A stretch of DNA of 64,000 nt from an uncultured Desulfobulbaceae bacterium (GCA_945787445.1 CALZHT010000024.1:2398-66397), one strand, 5' to 3'; shown: positions 28,310-40,202, counted from the stretch's first letter. Numbers and translations are program-made. Notes: generated by a model from the sequence alone, not told the origin.

Positions 28310-29566
28310 ATGATAAAATGTATGATCCAAAGGAAAGCAACCGCACAAAGGGTGTTGCTATGGTTTTTTATGGTCTGGGTTGTTCTGGCCCTGAACTCCC
28401 AGGCTCATGCCCAGCCAATATACTCTTTTATCGTGACAGGTGATACACGTACCGAACCTTATATGCCAGGCGGACCGGAACAGGAAAATGACATGCGGGA
28501 TATTCTCAAGATCCGTTACGGCAAAAAGGGTGAAACAGCACGCCTGGTTTTTGATGAGCACGAGCTGCAGCTGGTTCGAGTTGAGATCAAGGAAAAAGAC
28601 GGTTCATTCCTGACCCTCAATTATCATGACGGTTGGCCCCGTTCCATTACCAGAACACAAAACAAGGAAAAACGGGTGATAATGCGTGAAGCCGGTCGGC
28701 AATGGGTTTTTGACCGGGTTGCAGCAACGATTTCCAAGGCCGCCAGAGGGGTTGATGGCGAGGCCCAGTTTTTAGTGCATTGTGGTGATATCTCCCTCTT
28801 TGGCTTGCAAGGTAAGAGATTGGACGTGAATCCATACTGGCAGATTTTTGAAGAGGAACTGCTCTCCCGGATTCCTCCACCGGATATGTATATGAACCTG
28901 CCCGGCCGTGTTTTTGCGGCAGTGGGCAACCATACCACTTGGCAGGACGAAGAGATAAAAGGTCTTCTTACAACATTGCCGTGGCTCTCACAATTTGGCC
29001 TGCGTCACGACCGGCGGATCTATTCCTTTCCATTCAAAAACAGTCGATTCATCATTCTTGATTCCGGCGGCTATGATCCTTCTGGTACGGCTTGGAGCAG
29101 CAAGGCTCCGCCATTTAAGGCGCAGATGGATTTCTTGGCTACCGAGTTAAAGGAGGCGGAGCGAAAAGGAACGAAGCATGTTTTTGTGGTGTATCATAAA
29201 CCTTCTTTTGTCAGAGTCGGTCATGATCCTCTCCCCAAAGACCAGAGTCCTCACAATATTCTGAAGCAATACGCTGCAAAATTGAAAATTTTTGTTTTTA
29301 ACGGCCACAACCATACCACGGAACAATATCAGGTTGACGATGTACATTATCTGGTTCTTGGCGGTGGTGGCTCCCCCCAGAAGTTTGAGTTGGCCAAGCA
29401 TCCCTCTCAGAATAGAGAACTGTATTGGCAAGGCCTGAGCCGTGTAGAGGAATATAACTATCTGGAAGTTAAGGTGAAAGGCAAAAAAATAAAGGGCTTA
29501 CTGCACCGCTTTCGGCCGACCCAAACAAACAAGCCCTTTGAGGTGGTGGAATTGTTCAGGCGCTAG
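28310..29566 (+). CDS. Secreted calcineurin-like metallophosphoesterase
   Basis: GDTR, GNHT and GHNH metallophosphatase motifs with a signal peptide. Start is uncertain (28265, 28310 or 28322). Confidence 0.65.
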   Translation: MIKCMIQRKATAQRVLLWFFMVWVVLALNSQAHAQPIYSFIVTGDTRTEPYMPGGPEQENDMRDILKIRYGKKGETARLVFDEHELQLVRVEIKEKDGSFLTLNYHDGWPRSITRTQNKEKRVIMREAGRQWVFDRVAATISKAARGVDGEAQFLVHCGDISLFGLQGKRLDVNPYWQIFEEELLSRIPPPDMYMNLPGRVFAAVGNHTTWQDEEIKGLLTTLPWLSQFGLRHDRRIYSFPFKNSRFIILDSGGYDPSGTAWSSKAPPFKAQMDFLATELKEAERKGTKHVFVVYHKPSFVRVGHDPLPKDQSPHNILKQYAAKLKIFVFNGHNHTTEQYQVDDVHYLVLGGGGSPQKFELAKHPSQNRELYWQGLSRVEEYNYLEVKVKGKKIKGLLHRFRPTQTNKPFEVVELFRR

Positions 29567-29744
29567 GAGCCTGTCGGAGAACTCGATTTGTCATGAGATT
29601 GAGCGAAAATTTTGTGAGCATGACGACAAGCCCAAAATCCCCGGAAGCATAGCCGTAGCTATGTTGAGGAGAATTTGGGCTTGGCAACGCAGAACACGAA
29701 ATTTGCAGCCAATTGTAATAAAATGGAGTTCTCCGACAGGCTCC
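29566..29744. mobile_element. MITE-like element, family C, copy 1 (179 bp with a 19-bp perfect TIR GGAGCCTGTCGGAGAACTC)
   Basis: Fills the whole intergenic gap. About 88% identical to the inverted copy at 47328-47505. Confidence 0.7.
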
Positions 29745-29753
29745 TAGATACTT

Positions 29754-30530
29754 TCATTGACTGGCAGAAAGCTTTTTAATAGACTGCTCTGCCTGTTTTT
29801 GAAGTTCCTTATTTAATGTTTTGTCGGCTATCTCTGCCAAGGTAGGTTTGTATTTTGGTAAACCTGAGGAGGCAAGCACCTTACAGAACCATACCGTTGT
29901 CTCTATAAGATTAGTATCTTCCGGATCTTTGTCGTATAGTTGAAGTAACTGTTCATTGACAATATCATATACTTTTTCTTCCACATTCTTTGACCTGTAT
30001 ATCCTTCTGGCGCCATCTCTTTTTATTGATATATTTTCTGACGTAATCATGTTGATGGCTCGTATTATTTCAGGGGGCATATCTGGATCAAAATATTTTT
30101 TTTCAGCAATTTCTTTATTTCGTAAGGCATAATAATCAACTAAATTGAAATTTTGTAAAGCAGTATCCTGCACTTTCGTATTGTTCGAATTATTATAAAT
30201 TTCCTGCAATGTTTTTTTGTATTTGGAATTTCCAGAAGAAGCCAGTGCTTTACATAACCAGGTTATTTCTTCAATATGATCTTTGTCAGCCGTTTTGCTG
30301 TTATAAATTTTCAATAAAATATCATTTATGATATCGAATAGCTCCGGATCCGTTAGCCCGGAATCGGTTATTTCCTTTGCAGCGTCTATTCTTGTAAGTA
30401 TTTCAGATGATTGGATTTTTTTTCTATATGCATTGATTTCCGCTGTTCTGTCCCCAATCGCATATACAGTGTTTATAGAAAAAACTGGGCCAAACAGAAG
30501 CATGATTAAATAAATTAATATTTTTTTCAT
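29754..30530 (-). CDS. Secreted repeat protein, paralog A (internally duplicated ~110-aa module), unknown function
   Basis: Signal peptide followed by two copies of the ...ITRI(D/E)AAKEI..SGLTDP.LFD.IND.LL... module. Low GC. Confidence 0.55.
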   Translation of the reverse strand: MKKILIYLIMLLFGPVFSINTVYAIGDRTAEINAYRKKIQSSEILTRIDAAKEITDSGLTDPELFDIINDILLKIYNSKTADKDHIEEITWLCKALASSGNSKYKKTLQEIYNNSNNTKVQDTALQNFNLVDYYALRNKEIAEKKYFDPDMPPEIIRAINMITSENISIKRDGARRIYRSKNVEEKVYDIVNEQLLQLYDKDPEDTNLIETTVWFCKVLASSGLPKYKPTLAEIADKTLNKELQKQAEQSIKKLSASQ

Positions 30531-30585
30531 AACCTAACCCCTTTTTCCCAGAATATTTTGATGGTTGTATACTTCGGGCTAAAGA

Positions 30586-31362
30586 TTATTGCAGATAAGA
30601 AAGTGTTTTGATGCCCTCATCCGCATATCGTTTGAGTTTTGAATTGTCTGTAGTGCTGGAGATCTGTTCCAATGTTGCGGTGTATTTAGTATGGCCGGAT
30701 GCAGCAAGAACTTTACAGAACCATGCCATTGTATCCACTGCAGTATTGTCTTGCAGGTTTGTGTTAAAGAGTTCCAGTAATTCTCCATTAACTATATCAT
30801 ATACTTTTTCATCAGGAGCCCCGGAGCGAAATATTTTTTTCGCTCCATCTCTTTTAAGCGTTATAATGTCTGATTTTATCATATTGATTAATCGTATCGA
30901 TTCAGGTGATAAATCAGGATCAACATAATTCGTACTGGCAATATCTTTGTTTCTCTGTGCATAGTCATCAACAAGATTGAGGCTTTGCAGCGCATAATTT
31001 TGAATTTTCATATCTGATGAATTCGTAGAAATTTCTTCTAATGTGCTTTTATATTTTGGATTCCCTGATGATGCCAAGGCTTTACATAACCATGAAATTT
31101 CATCAATAATATTCTTCTCACCACTTGCAGTAATATATTTGTTTAATAATATATCATTTATCAAATCGAATAATAGCGGATCTGTTAATCCTGAGTTTGA
31201 TATTTCTTTTGCCGCTTCTATTCTTGTAATGATATTAGATGATTTTATTTTTTTGATATACTGATTAACTTCTTCAGTTCTATCGCCTGATGCATGAACT
31301 GAGCTGAACATAAAAAAGATAACAAAGATGATTGTTAATACATAACGGAAAAAAAATTTCAT
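30586..31362 (-). CDS. Secreted repeat protein, paralog B (tandem duplicate of 29754-30530)
   Basis: About 50% identical to paralog A with the same two-module structure. Start MKFFFRYV behind an agaggtgg RBS. Confidence 0.55.
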   Translation of the reverse strand: MKFFFRYVLTIIFVIFFMFSSVHASGDRTEEVNQYIKKIKSSNIITRIEAAKEISNSGLTDPLLFDLINDILLNKYITASGEKNIIDEISWLCKALASSGNPKYKSTLEEISTNSSDMKIQNYALQSLNLVDDYAQRNKDIASTNYVDPDLSPESIRLINMIKSDIITLKRDGAKKIFRSGAPDEKVYDIVNGELLELFNTNLQDNTAVDTMAWFCKVLAASGHTKYTATLEQISSTTDNSKLKRYADEGIKTLSYLQ

Positions 31363-31869
31363 AGCCCCACCTCTTTTTTTGACATTATTTATGAAAACAA
31401 TGAACTCCCGCCTACGTGTGTTTAACTGAGCATTCACCACGACTTGTGACTGATTAGGCATTATTAACAGTTACGTTATAATTATAAATATTTGCCAGGC
31501 ATAGAGGCCGTGGAAAGCTTTACTTTTTATACTCCTTGCTCTATAACCTATCGTGCAGCAAAGGGGAAATCATCCTTATGTCCACGCTGCCGAAGGATAA
31601 AGAAACCGAATTTTTAATGTGTGCCTTTCGTAATTGATCACTGGGTAAGGCAACAACGTATTACGTTCGCATCTCTGTCCGTAATCGGTCACATGGTGCC
31701 GCAGTTCCGCGAAAGAGGCGTGTACGCTGTATATTGCCTATACTGCCGCGCCGCTAACAAAGGAGATGCAGTTCCCTGTTACCGCTTATTGCAATTCAGG
31801 TTTAATAAAACGTTAGAGCGGAAAAAAGATGAACAGTCAAGAAAAAAAATAAAAACTGGAGATTCAAAA

Positions 31870-33126
<1,257 letters not shown>

Positions 33127-33334
33127 GCAATTAAAAACTCCATAATAAGTCAGGTTTATCTGGTCAACCTGTACCGAAAATATCTCCGGGAATTAACAAG
33201 TTATTTTTTGCCCTTCTAGAGGCGACTCGCGCAAAAAATATCAAACCGGTTCCAAACAAAAATATTGTTGCCGGTTCAGGTATGGGAGATATGCTTCCAG
33301 AAACCGAGCTTTTCGTATTTTCAATGTTTCCTTG

Positions 33335-33682
33335 CTATGAATCGTAAGGAGAAAAAACCACATTATTTTCAAAAGCCGTTGTTCTCCGGTCTACCGGCAA
33401 CACTTCCAAAAATCCTGATGGATCGTATAAATCCCTTTGCAGGAAATTGTTGCTAGTGAGTGGATCAGGAAAATCAGGCCGAATATGAATATCCTCTAGA
33501 TCATGGGGACTCATCGGTAAATCCAGGATAGTAAGGCTGGGCCAAAGCTTTTCAACTGATCTGGAGATTGAAGAGCCGCTGATCGGGTCAGCATACAGCA
33601 TATTGTTCAAGAAAGGTGCGGTAAATAAAAAGCAACACATGAACAAGAAGAACGTAAACATTTTTTTTATTCCCTTACACAT
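33335..33682 (-). CDS. Small secreted hypothetical protein
   Basis: N-terminal hydrophobic signal. AT-rich and no recognised motif. Confidence 0.3.
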   Translation of the reverse strand: MCKGIKKMFTFFLFMCCFLFTAPFLNNMLYADPISGSSISRSVEKLWPSLTILDLPMSPHDLEDIHIRPDFPDPLTSNNFLQRDLYDPSGFLEVLPVDRRTTAFENNVVFSPYDS

Positions 33683-33897
33683 GACTCACCCCCATTTAAG
33701 TTATGCGTTATGGGTCATCACTTATAAGATATTTAAGTATTTTTTCTCCCTCTCAATGTTTTTGCTTTCCTCAAAAAAGCATGTACACGATTTATGCGAA
33801 TGTAGACTCTCTTCAAAACAAATAAGGAGCTGCAGTCAAAAGACCTTTACAATGTATTTGTAACCCTTGAAAATATTTGTTTTATCACCTCCCCCAA

Positions 33898-34015
33898 ATT
33901 AAAAAGGCCGAGCGTACCCAAAGAATAAACCTTCGGCAGCTCGGCCATCCGCACCTTGCGGATCCGCAACTTTCCTCCCCATTCTCACGAAGGGTTTGGC
34001 TTTATCGGGTATGAT
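33898..34015 (-). repeat. About 118-nt sRNA-like element copy 1: minus-strand hairpins ending in GGCCGAGC...GCTCGGCC + TTTTT, i.e. terminator-capped
   Basis: About 75% identical to 34563-34680. The 24-nt core cacgaagggtttggctttatcggg is perfectly conserved. Confidence 0.45.
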
Positions 34016-34133
34016 TATTTTCCATCATGCTCATACTTAGAACGCATCACATCCATTATGAGGTGTCAAGAAATAAAAAATGCAAAAAAAATCAATTTGT
34101 TACATCGTGTACCTCAAAGGCTTGTTGAACCGT

Positions 34134-34520
34134 TTAGGGATTCACATAGGTAATTATGGAAATCATTGCGCCCTGGGGATCCTGGATGAGACAAAATCGC
34201 CCGACATTTGGAATATCCCGCGGCGGCATCATTATTTTTGCGCCTAATCCTTCAGCTTGAGCAGCAGTTGCGTCAACATCATCTACGGTTACGTAAACCC
34301 CCCACATCGGAGGTGTCCCTTTGGCTTCCGGCGGTGTGGCCATGATGCCGGCAACTTCCTTGCCGCTAACCTTAACTACGGTATAGGTCATCCCCTCCAT
34401 GGGCATATCTTCCAGGACCCAGCCAAAGAGTTTGGTATAAAAATCTTTGGCAGCGCCAGCATCTTCGGTCATCAGTTCAAACCAGCTGAATGCTCCGTGT
34501 TGCATAAGTTGTTCGTCCAT
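34134..34520 (-). CDS. VOC family (glyoxalase/bleomycin-resistance fold) protein
   Basis: 128 aa with a single βαβββ module and the typical H/E metal positions. Confidence 0.75.
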   Translation of the reverse strand: MDEQLMQHGAFSWFELMTEDAGAAKDFYTKLFGWVLEDMPMEGMTYTVVKVSGKEVAGIMATPPEAKGTPPMWGVYVTVDDVDATAAQAEGLGAKIMMPPRDIPNVGRFCLIQDPQGAMISIITYVNP

Positions 34521-34562
34521 GATCGTCTCCTTTTCAAAAGGTTATTAAAAGTATTTACAATA

Positions 34563-34680
34563 AAAAAAGCCGGGCAAATCCAAAGTATTACCTTCGGCAG
34601 CCCGGCCATACGCCTGAGGCGTACCCGTTGCTTTCCGCCCCCTTCTTACGAAGGGTTTGGCTTTATCGGGAAATTGTATT
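34563..34680 (-). repeat. sRNA-like element copy 2, upstream of the glyoxalase gene
   Basis: See 33898-34015. Its terminator hairpin reads GGCCGGGCTGCCGAAGG...GCCCGGC + TTTTTT on the minus strand. Confidence 0.45.
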
Positions 34681-35019
34681 CATTTTCATTCTACTATGAG
34701 AAAAACATTGAATGTCAAACCAAATAATTGATTGCCCTAAAGATGTGGTTTGTCGGTTGAGAGAGGGCCGAGTATACTTGCTCTTGTTCGGTATCATGAC
34801 AAATTCACAGAGTTGCGGTTATTTGAGTTCATTTCACAGATTAGTGGGAAAGGGAAGTGAAACAGTACATACAATTTTTTTCTGATTACTGCTGATTTGC
34901 AGCTAATTCGGTAGGATTTTGTAACCTCTTGATTTATTGATTAAATAATTAAGGTTGTCTTTTCGACCAACGGGAGAAATCTTCAACTCCGGAAATACGA
35001 TTTCTCACCTTCGTTCGAA

Positions 35020-35919
35020 ATGACAGATAAAATCGCAACCTTTCTATCAAAAAGGCTGAAGTTTGATGGTAATCAGAATTTTTTATGCTGTGCACCACGA
35101 AAAGAATTTGAGGATTTTGCCGTGTCTGACTATGATGGGACCGTAATCCATAAAAACCGGGATACTTTTGGCGAGCTTATAGTAGCGGAAAGCGGCTTGG
35201 TCCGATCCCTTTATTTTGGCAAGCGTTCGGTCCAGAGCAGCATGTTCATCGACTTTCCGGACGATTTGGTGCTCTATTATTCCAGGGCGATAATGAGCGC
35301 TTTGATTTTCAACCGCTACCCGAAAAGGGCCTTGATTATTGGCCTGGGCGGCGGATCCCTGGTTAAATTTTTATTGCGTGCATGTCCTGACTGCAGGATT
35401 ACCGTTGTTGAGCTGCGGCAGAAGGTAATCGAGCTTGCCCATGAATATTTTTCTCTGCCGGAAAACCATGCCAATCTGCAGATTATCAATGCAGACGGCT
35501 GGCAATATATCATGGATAGGCGGATAGAGGAGAGTAGTCCGTTTGACCTCATATTTGTTGATGCCTATGACGACTCCGGTCTGGCAACCGCTGTTGAGGG
35601 CATTGATTTTATGACTAAATGCAAACAATGTCTGAGCAGGGATGGGGTTCTTGCTTATAACCTCTGGACAGGTCCCAATGGTAATTTCCCACGCTGCCGG
35701 GATATGCTTGACAGGGTGTTTGACGGCTCCGTGTTGCAGCTTGTTTTACCTGGCAAGAAAGGGCATGCCCTGGTTTTTGCCTTTCAGAAAATGGCCATAC
35801 TGCGTAACCTGAAAAAACTGCGGAAAACGGCCCGTCAGTTACGGTCCGATTTTCATATAGATTTTGCTAAATTTCTGGACACCATCCGCCAACAGAACAA
35901 CCGCTTCTTCATTGTGTAA
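35020..35919 (+). CDS. Spermidine/spermine synthase-like class I methyltransferase-fold protein
   Basis: GLGGGSLVKFL and DLIFVDAYDD motifs (PABS family). Confidence 0.65.
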   Translation: MTDKIATFLSKRLKFDGNQNFLCCAPRKEFEDFAVSDYDGTVIHKNRDTFGELIVAESGLVRSLYFGKRSVQSSMFIDFPDDLVLYYSRAIMSALIFNRYPKRALIIGLGGGSLVKFLLRACPDCRITVVELRQKVIELAHEYFSLPENHANLQIINADGWQYIMDRRIEESSPFDLIFVDAYDDSGLATAVEGIDFMTKCKQCLSRDGVLAYNLWTGPNGNFPRCRDMLDRVFDGSVLQLVLPGKKGHALVFAFQKMAILRNLKKLRKTARQLRSDFHIDFAKFLDTIRQQNNRFFIV

Positions 35920-36042
35920 CCGGGTAAAGCTTGATAATGTCATCCGATGATACCCGATCGTTATCAGGAATTTCCCTGTCTGCAACTTGATCTCTTTGAA
36001 ATAACATGGTAAAAGGGCCATCCTTTTACCTTAAGAGAGAGG

Positions 36043-36480
36043 TTGACCATGAAAGTAGAACAGATTTCGGTGTATTTAAAAAATGATCCGAGCAGCCTTG
36101 CCAATATCGCCAATTTCCTGGCTGGTAACGGCATAAATATACAGGCCCTTTCCATGTTCGAATCCGGAGAATTCGGGGTATTGCGGATAATTGTAAACGA
36201 CACTGAGAAAACTGCCCAGATCCTCAAAGAAAACGGCTATACCCTTGAAAAAAACGAAGTCCTGGTTCTGGAAGTGCCGGACAAGCCCGGTGGTCTGGCA
36301 AGCGTGCTGAATGTCCTTGATGAAAATGGGCTTTCAGTTGAATATATTTACGCCCATTCGCAGAAGTCAGGGGAAATTGGCCTGATCATTTTCAGTATTC
36401 TGGAACTTGAAAAGGCTGTTAAGGCATTAAGCAACGCCGGGGTCAGGATCCTCTCCTCTGCAGAGGTTTGCGCTATGTAA
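36043..36480 (+). CDS. Tandem ACT-domain protein
   Basis: Two ~65-aa βαββαβ modules (ISVYLKNDPSSL...; LVLEVPDKPGGL...). Confidence 0.65.
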   Translation: MTMKVEQISVYLKNDPSSLANIANFLAGNGINIQALSMFESGEFGVLRIIVNDTEKTAQILKENGYTLEKNEVLVLEVPDKPGGLASVLNVLDENGLSVEYIYAHSQKSGEIGLIIFSILELEKAVKALSNAGVRILSSAEVCAM

Positions 36481-36591
36481 TTGTTGCAAAATCCACCACT
36501 TCTCATGGTGGATCTGAATAGGTTCTCCCGGGCCGGCGAGATCGGTTGTTACCCCTTTCTGTTTTTTTCCCTGATGGTATACTATAAAACT

Positions 36592-38031
36592 ATGCATCCT
36601 CTGGAAAAAGAAGTCCTTGCCACTGCCCAAAAAGAAAAGGTTTTCCGGGCCCATAAAAATGTTATTGTGGGCGTGTCGGCAGGACCGGATTCCATGGCCC
36701 TGCTTCATATCCTCTGCGCCCTAACTGATGAACTTGGTATTTCGATTATCGCTGTTTACCTTAATCACGGGTTGAGGCCGAAAGAAGCGGCAAACGAAGA
36801 ACATCTGGTGCGGCTTGAAGCTGAACGCCTGGGAATCCAGGCCCACATCGGCAGTATTGCGGTCCGGGAATATGCCGGAAAACACGGCCTTTCCCTGGAA
36901 CACGCCGCCCGGCAGCTCCGCTATGGTTATCTTGATGAGACCGCCCAACGAGAAAACGCGGATAAAATAGCAGTCGGCCATACCGCCGATGATCAGGTCG
37001 AGGAATTGCTGCTGCGCCTGATCAGAGGATCTGGCCGCCCAGGCCTATCCGGTATGAAAATAATCCGGCAGGGAAAAATTGTCCGGCCGCTTCTCAATAC
37101 TCCCAAAAAGAGAGTCATCCAATATCTGCAAGACAGAAAGATTCCGTATCTTGTGGACAGCTCCAATCAGGACCGGCGGTATCTGCGCAACCGGGTCCGC
37201 CTGGATCTTCTTCCCTTTCTTGAAAAGGATTTCAATCCGGGCGTCAGGGAGACGCTGCTGCAAACCGCTGCAATCCTCCAGGAGGAAGAGGCCCTGCTGG
37301 CCGGCCTGGTTGACAAGGCATACAGGGTCTGTGTTGAAGAAAACAAGGTGCCCGGAGCAGACGAAAGGCTGCTGGGAATAGATCTTATCCTGGCAAGGTT
37401 CCACAGCCTGCCAATGGCCATCAAGCGCAGGATTGTTGAAAAAGTTTTGTTACAGATGACGGCCAAGCCTTCCTTCCGTCATATCGAAAAGGTTCTTTCT
37501 CTGGGGAAAGCGGGAGGGGGCGAGGCAATATTACATCTGGCCTTAGGCCTACGTATGCAGAAATTGGCTGGCCGGCTTGTTTTTTCTTATCCGGCCGGTA
37601 AAAAAGGAGGCCGTGGCAATCTTACTGAGCACCGTGCTCCGGATTTTGAAATTAGAATCGAACGGCCGGGCAGGTATATACTGGAAGCGCTCGGCAAAGC
37701 TGTCCATCTTGAGATCTATGAGACACGACCGGACATAAGCGAAATCGCCAAGGAAAAGGCGGATTTTCTCGATGCTGAAAATATGGAATTTCCCCTGGTA
37801 ATCCGATCGGTGAGGCCGGGCGACAGATTCCGACCTCTGGGCGGTCCGGGAAGTCAGAAAGTTAGTGATTTTTTTATCAATAACAAGATACCGAAAAAAG
37901 AGCGCTGGAAAGCTCCCTTGTTGATTGCCGGCGGAGAGATTGCCGCAATCTTGGGGCTCCGGATTGATCATGATTTCCGTATTTCTTCCCTGACCCGCAG
38001 AGTGCTTAAAGTAACAGTAGAATCCATATAA
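36592..38031 (+). CDS. tilS: tRNA(Ile)-lysidine synthetase
   Basis: PP-loop SAGPDS at the N-terminus, overall TilS length, and the adjacent tRNA gene. Start chosen at MHPLEKE (the ORF-track start at 36481 lacks an RBS). Confidence 0.8.
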   Translation: MHPLEKEVLATAQKEKVFRAHKNVIVGVSAGPDSMALLHILCALTDELGISIIAVYLNHGLRPKEAANEEHLVRLEAERLGIQAHIGSIAVREYAGKHGLSLEHAARQLRYGYLDETAQRENADKIAVGHTADDQVEELLLRLIRGSGRPGLSGMKIIRQGKIVRPLLNTPKKRVIQYLQDRKIPYLVDSSNQDRRYLRNRVRLDLLPFLEKDFNPGVRETLLQTAAILQEEEALLAGLVDKAYRVCVEENKVPGADERLLGIDLILARFHSLPMAIKRRIVEKVLLQMTAKPSFRHIEKVLSLGKAGGGEAILHLALGLRMQKLAGRLVFSYPAGKKGGRGNLTEHRAPDFEIRIERPGRYILEALGKAVHLEIYETRPDISEIAKEKADFLDAENMEFPLVIRSVRPGDRFRPLGGPGSQKVSDFFINNKIPKKERWKAPLLIAGGEIAAILGLRIDHDFRISSLTRRVLKVTVESI

Positions 38032-38087
38032 AGAGCTTTACGAAATCTGCGTAAAATGGTATTTACGGGTTTCCTTTTCTATAATGT

Positions 38088-38164
<77 letters not shown>

Positions 38165-38665
38165 CTGCAATGAACACGATTAGCGAGCCCATTCCCAGTC
38201 CCGCTTCAGCGGGACTGCGGGGTTAGCGAGCGAATGAAAAAATAGTTAGAAGGTATCTTACGTACTGAGATTGTCTGCTCACTACGTTGCGCGGACGTGA
38301 AGATTCCATACACGAAAAGGGTCCGGAAGCAATTCCAGGTTGATATTTTTAAATTAGTTGTTCAAATTCCCCGCGGCTTTTTGTAGCGAAGCGGAAATCC
38401 CGCTTAGACGGGGCCGCGGGGAGCTTCAATTTTTAAACTAACCTATTTCCGTGTGTCCAATGCATGGTGTTTTGGTCGCATTTTGGAAGAGTCATAATCC
38501 CTACCTTACTACATGCCCTAATTTCCTTCGTGAAGAGTCAAGTGCGCCCAGAGGAAGTCGTTGGTAGGCCAACGTGCCGGGATGGAGAAAGAGAAATTTC
38601 TCCCCACCAGATTATCGCCTGTAACTCTCCCGGCGATGTTCCGCCGCGGTCATTATGACAATGTC

Positions 38666-38896
38666 TTATTCACGGTTTATTTGATAGAAGAACCGGTAAG
38701 CGCCAATGCGATAACGCCAAATGGGCGGATCAAAATTAAGCAGTTTTTTGATATTGGCGCCGAAATCAGGCGACTTTTTCAATTGAGGATATACATACTC
38801 CCGCAACTTCTTCTTAATCTTTTCGCGTCGGCCTTCGAAGTCCCTTTCCAAATCAGATAGAAAACCGTCTGTCTCGAAAATTCTATACATCGACAA
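38666..38896 (-). CDS. RelE/ParE-superfamily toxin
   Basis: 76 aa ending ...IWRYRIGAYRFFYQI, typical of RelE/YoeB-like toxins. Overlaps the upstream antitoxin gene by 14 nt. Confidence 0.7.
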   Translation of the reverse strand: MSMYRIFETDGFLSDLERDFEGRREKIKKKLREYVYPQLKKSPDFGANIKKLLNFDPPIWRYRIGAYRFFYQINRE

Positions 38897-39128
38897 ACGA
38901 GCCTTTCATCTTTTCTATTTCCTTTGCGCCTCGCTTCAGGCGTTTCATCAGCACCGGATTGGCAAGGATTTCCTCCATTTCTATCTCATCCACAAAGGAT
39001 TCCTCGTCAAGTTTCTGCAGGGCCAGGAAACTTATCAGGTTGGAAATGGATCGTTTTACACTGCCGGCAGCCCTGGAGAGTTTTTCATATTCTTCGTCGG
39101 ATAGACGAAGGGTAATGGTTTTGGGCAT
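38883..39128 (-). CDS. Ribbon-helix-helix antitoxin
   Basis: MPKTITLRLSDEEYEKLSRAA is an RHH β-strand/helix signature. Cognate upstream partner of the toxin. Confidence 0.65.
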   Translation of the reverse strand: MPKTITLRLSDEEYEKLSRAAGSVKRSISNLISFLALQKLDEESFVDEIEMEEILANPVLMKRLKRGAKEIEKMKGSFVDV

Positions 39129-39312
39129 GGTGCACCTCCTTTTGCTTCATATGTATTCAATATAGTTCATTATGAATACAAAGCAGGAAAGAAAATGAGT
39201 CCCCATTTCTAATTTTATGCCCATTTTTATTGTTTTTAGCGTATATGATGTTCTGAAAAGTTGAATCTGATAAAATTCAGTTGCATTATGATTGCACTTA
39301 GGCGCTAAATAG

Positions 39313-39452
39313 TAATATCCTGAATCCGTGAGCGCCCGTCAGCGGCCTGCCTGCTTTGTCGGAAACTCTTCGATATCCACTCAAGGATAATCGAATTCGT
39401 TCCCTTCGCGCTTTCAGACCACTGACGAACGCTCACGGATTCAGGAATATTT
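39313..39452. repeat. 140-bp palindromic element with perfect 21-bp terminal inverted repeats (ATATCCTGAATCCGTGAGCG), MITE-like, single copy in the window
   Basis: Terminal inverted repeats read directly. Internal sub-palindromes CGCCCGTCAGCGG / CCACTGACGAACG. Confidence 0.5.
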
Positions 39453-39554
39453 TTCTGCGCAAGAATGGATTGTCGTCGATTATGATATTGCGAAAAAATA
39501 TGATTTTTTGGGACTGCTTAGAAATTTGAAAACATAGTTTGAAGGAGAAGAAAA

Positions 39555-40202
39555 ATGTATAAAACAATTATTTCAGGTATGCTCTGTATCTTTTTAGTGG
39601 CTGCATGTGCTCCCCAGACCCAAACACAGAAAGGCGGGATGTACGGCACTGCCGGAGGTGCCGCTGTAGGGGCGATACTTGGTCAGGCAATAGGCAAGGA
39701 CACGGAAGCAACCCTCTGGGGTGCAGCTATCGGTGCAGCGATCGGCGGTCTGGGCGGCGCCGGGGTGGGCCGGATGATGGACAATCAGGAAAGGGATATG
39801 CGGGCTGCTTTGGCAGCGTCCGAGGCCGCGGCAGTGCGCCGGGAAGGCAATCTGTTGGCAGTGACTTTTAAAAGCGACTTGACATTTGATACCAACTCGG
39901 CCGCTGTAAAACCTGGCTTTCATACCGAACTGGACCGGGTATCAAATATTCTGGTCCAATATCCACAAACCCTTATCAGGGTGGAAGGCCATACTGACAG
40001 CACCGGGTCGGAAACATACAATATGAATCTTTCGCAACAACGCGCCGAGGCGGTAAAAAACCTGCTGGTGCAACGTGGCGTGGCCGGCAGCCGTCTGGAA
40101 GTTATCGGTTTTGGCGAAACAATGCCGGTGGCGAACAATTCCGCTGAAGCGGGGCGCCAAAAAAACCGGCGGGTGGAGTTGAAGGTTGTTCCGCAAGTGT
40201 AA
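39555..40202 (+). CDS. OmpA-family lipoprotein (Gly-rich linker + OmpA C-terminal peptidoglycan-binding domain)
   Basis: Lipobox LVAAC, a GAAIGAAIGGLGGAG linker and the OmpA_C motif NL.LSQQRA.AV. Confidence 0.8.
   Translation: MYKTIISGMLCIFLVAACAPQTQTQKGGMYGTAGGAAVGAILGQAIGKDTEATLWGAAIGAAIGGLGGAGVGRMMDNQERDMRAALAASEAAAVRREGNLLAVTFKSDLTFDTNSAAVKPGFHTELDRVSNILVQYPQTLIRVEGHTDSTGSETYNMNLSQQRAEAVKNLLVQRGVAGSRLEVIGFGETMPVANNSAEAGRQKNRRVELKVVPQV

Noticed and set aside
31621-31869. Long N-terminal extension of the Na+/H+ antiporter ORF starting at 31621
   Set aside because: The extension is hydrophilic and Cys/Arg-rich with no RBS. MGLFEII at 31870 begins the first TM helix and is the conventional CPA1 start.
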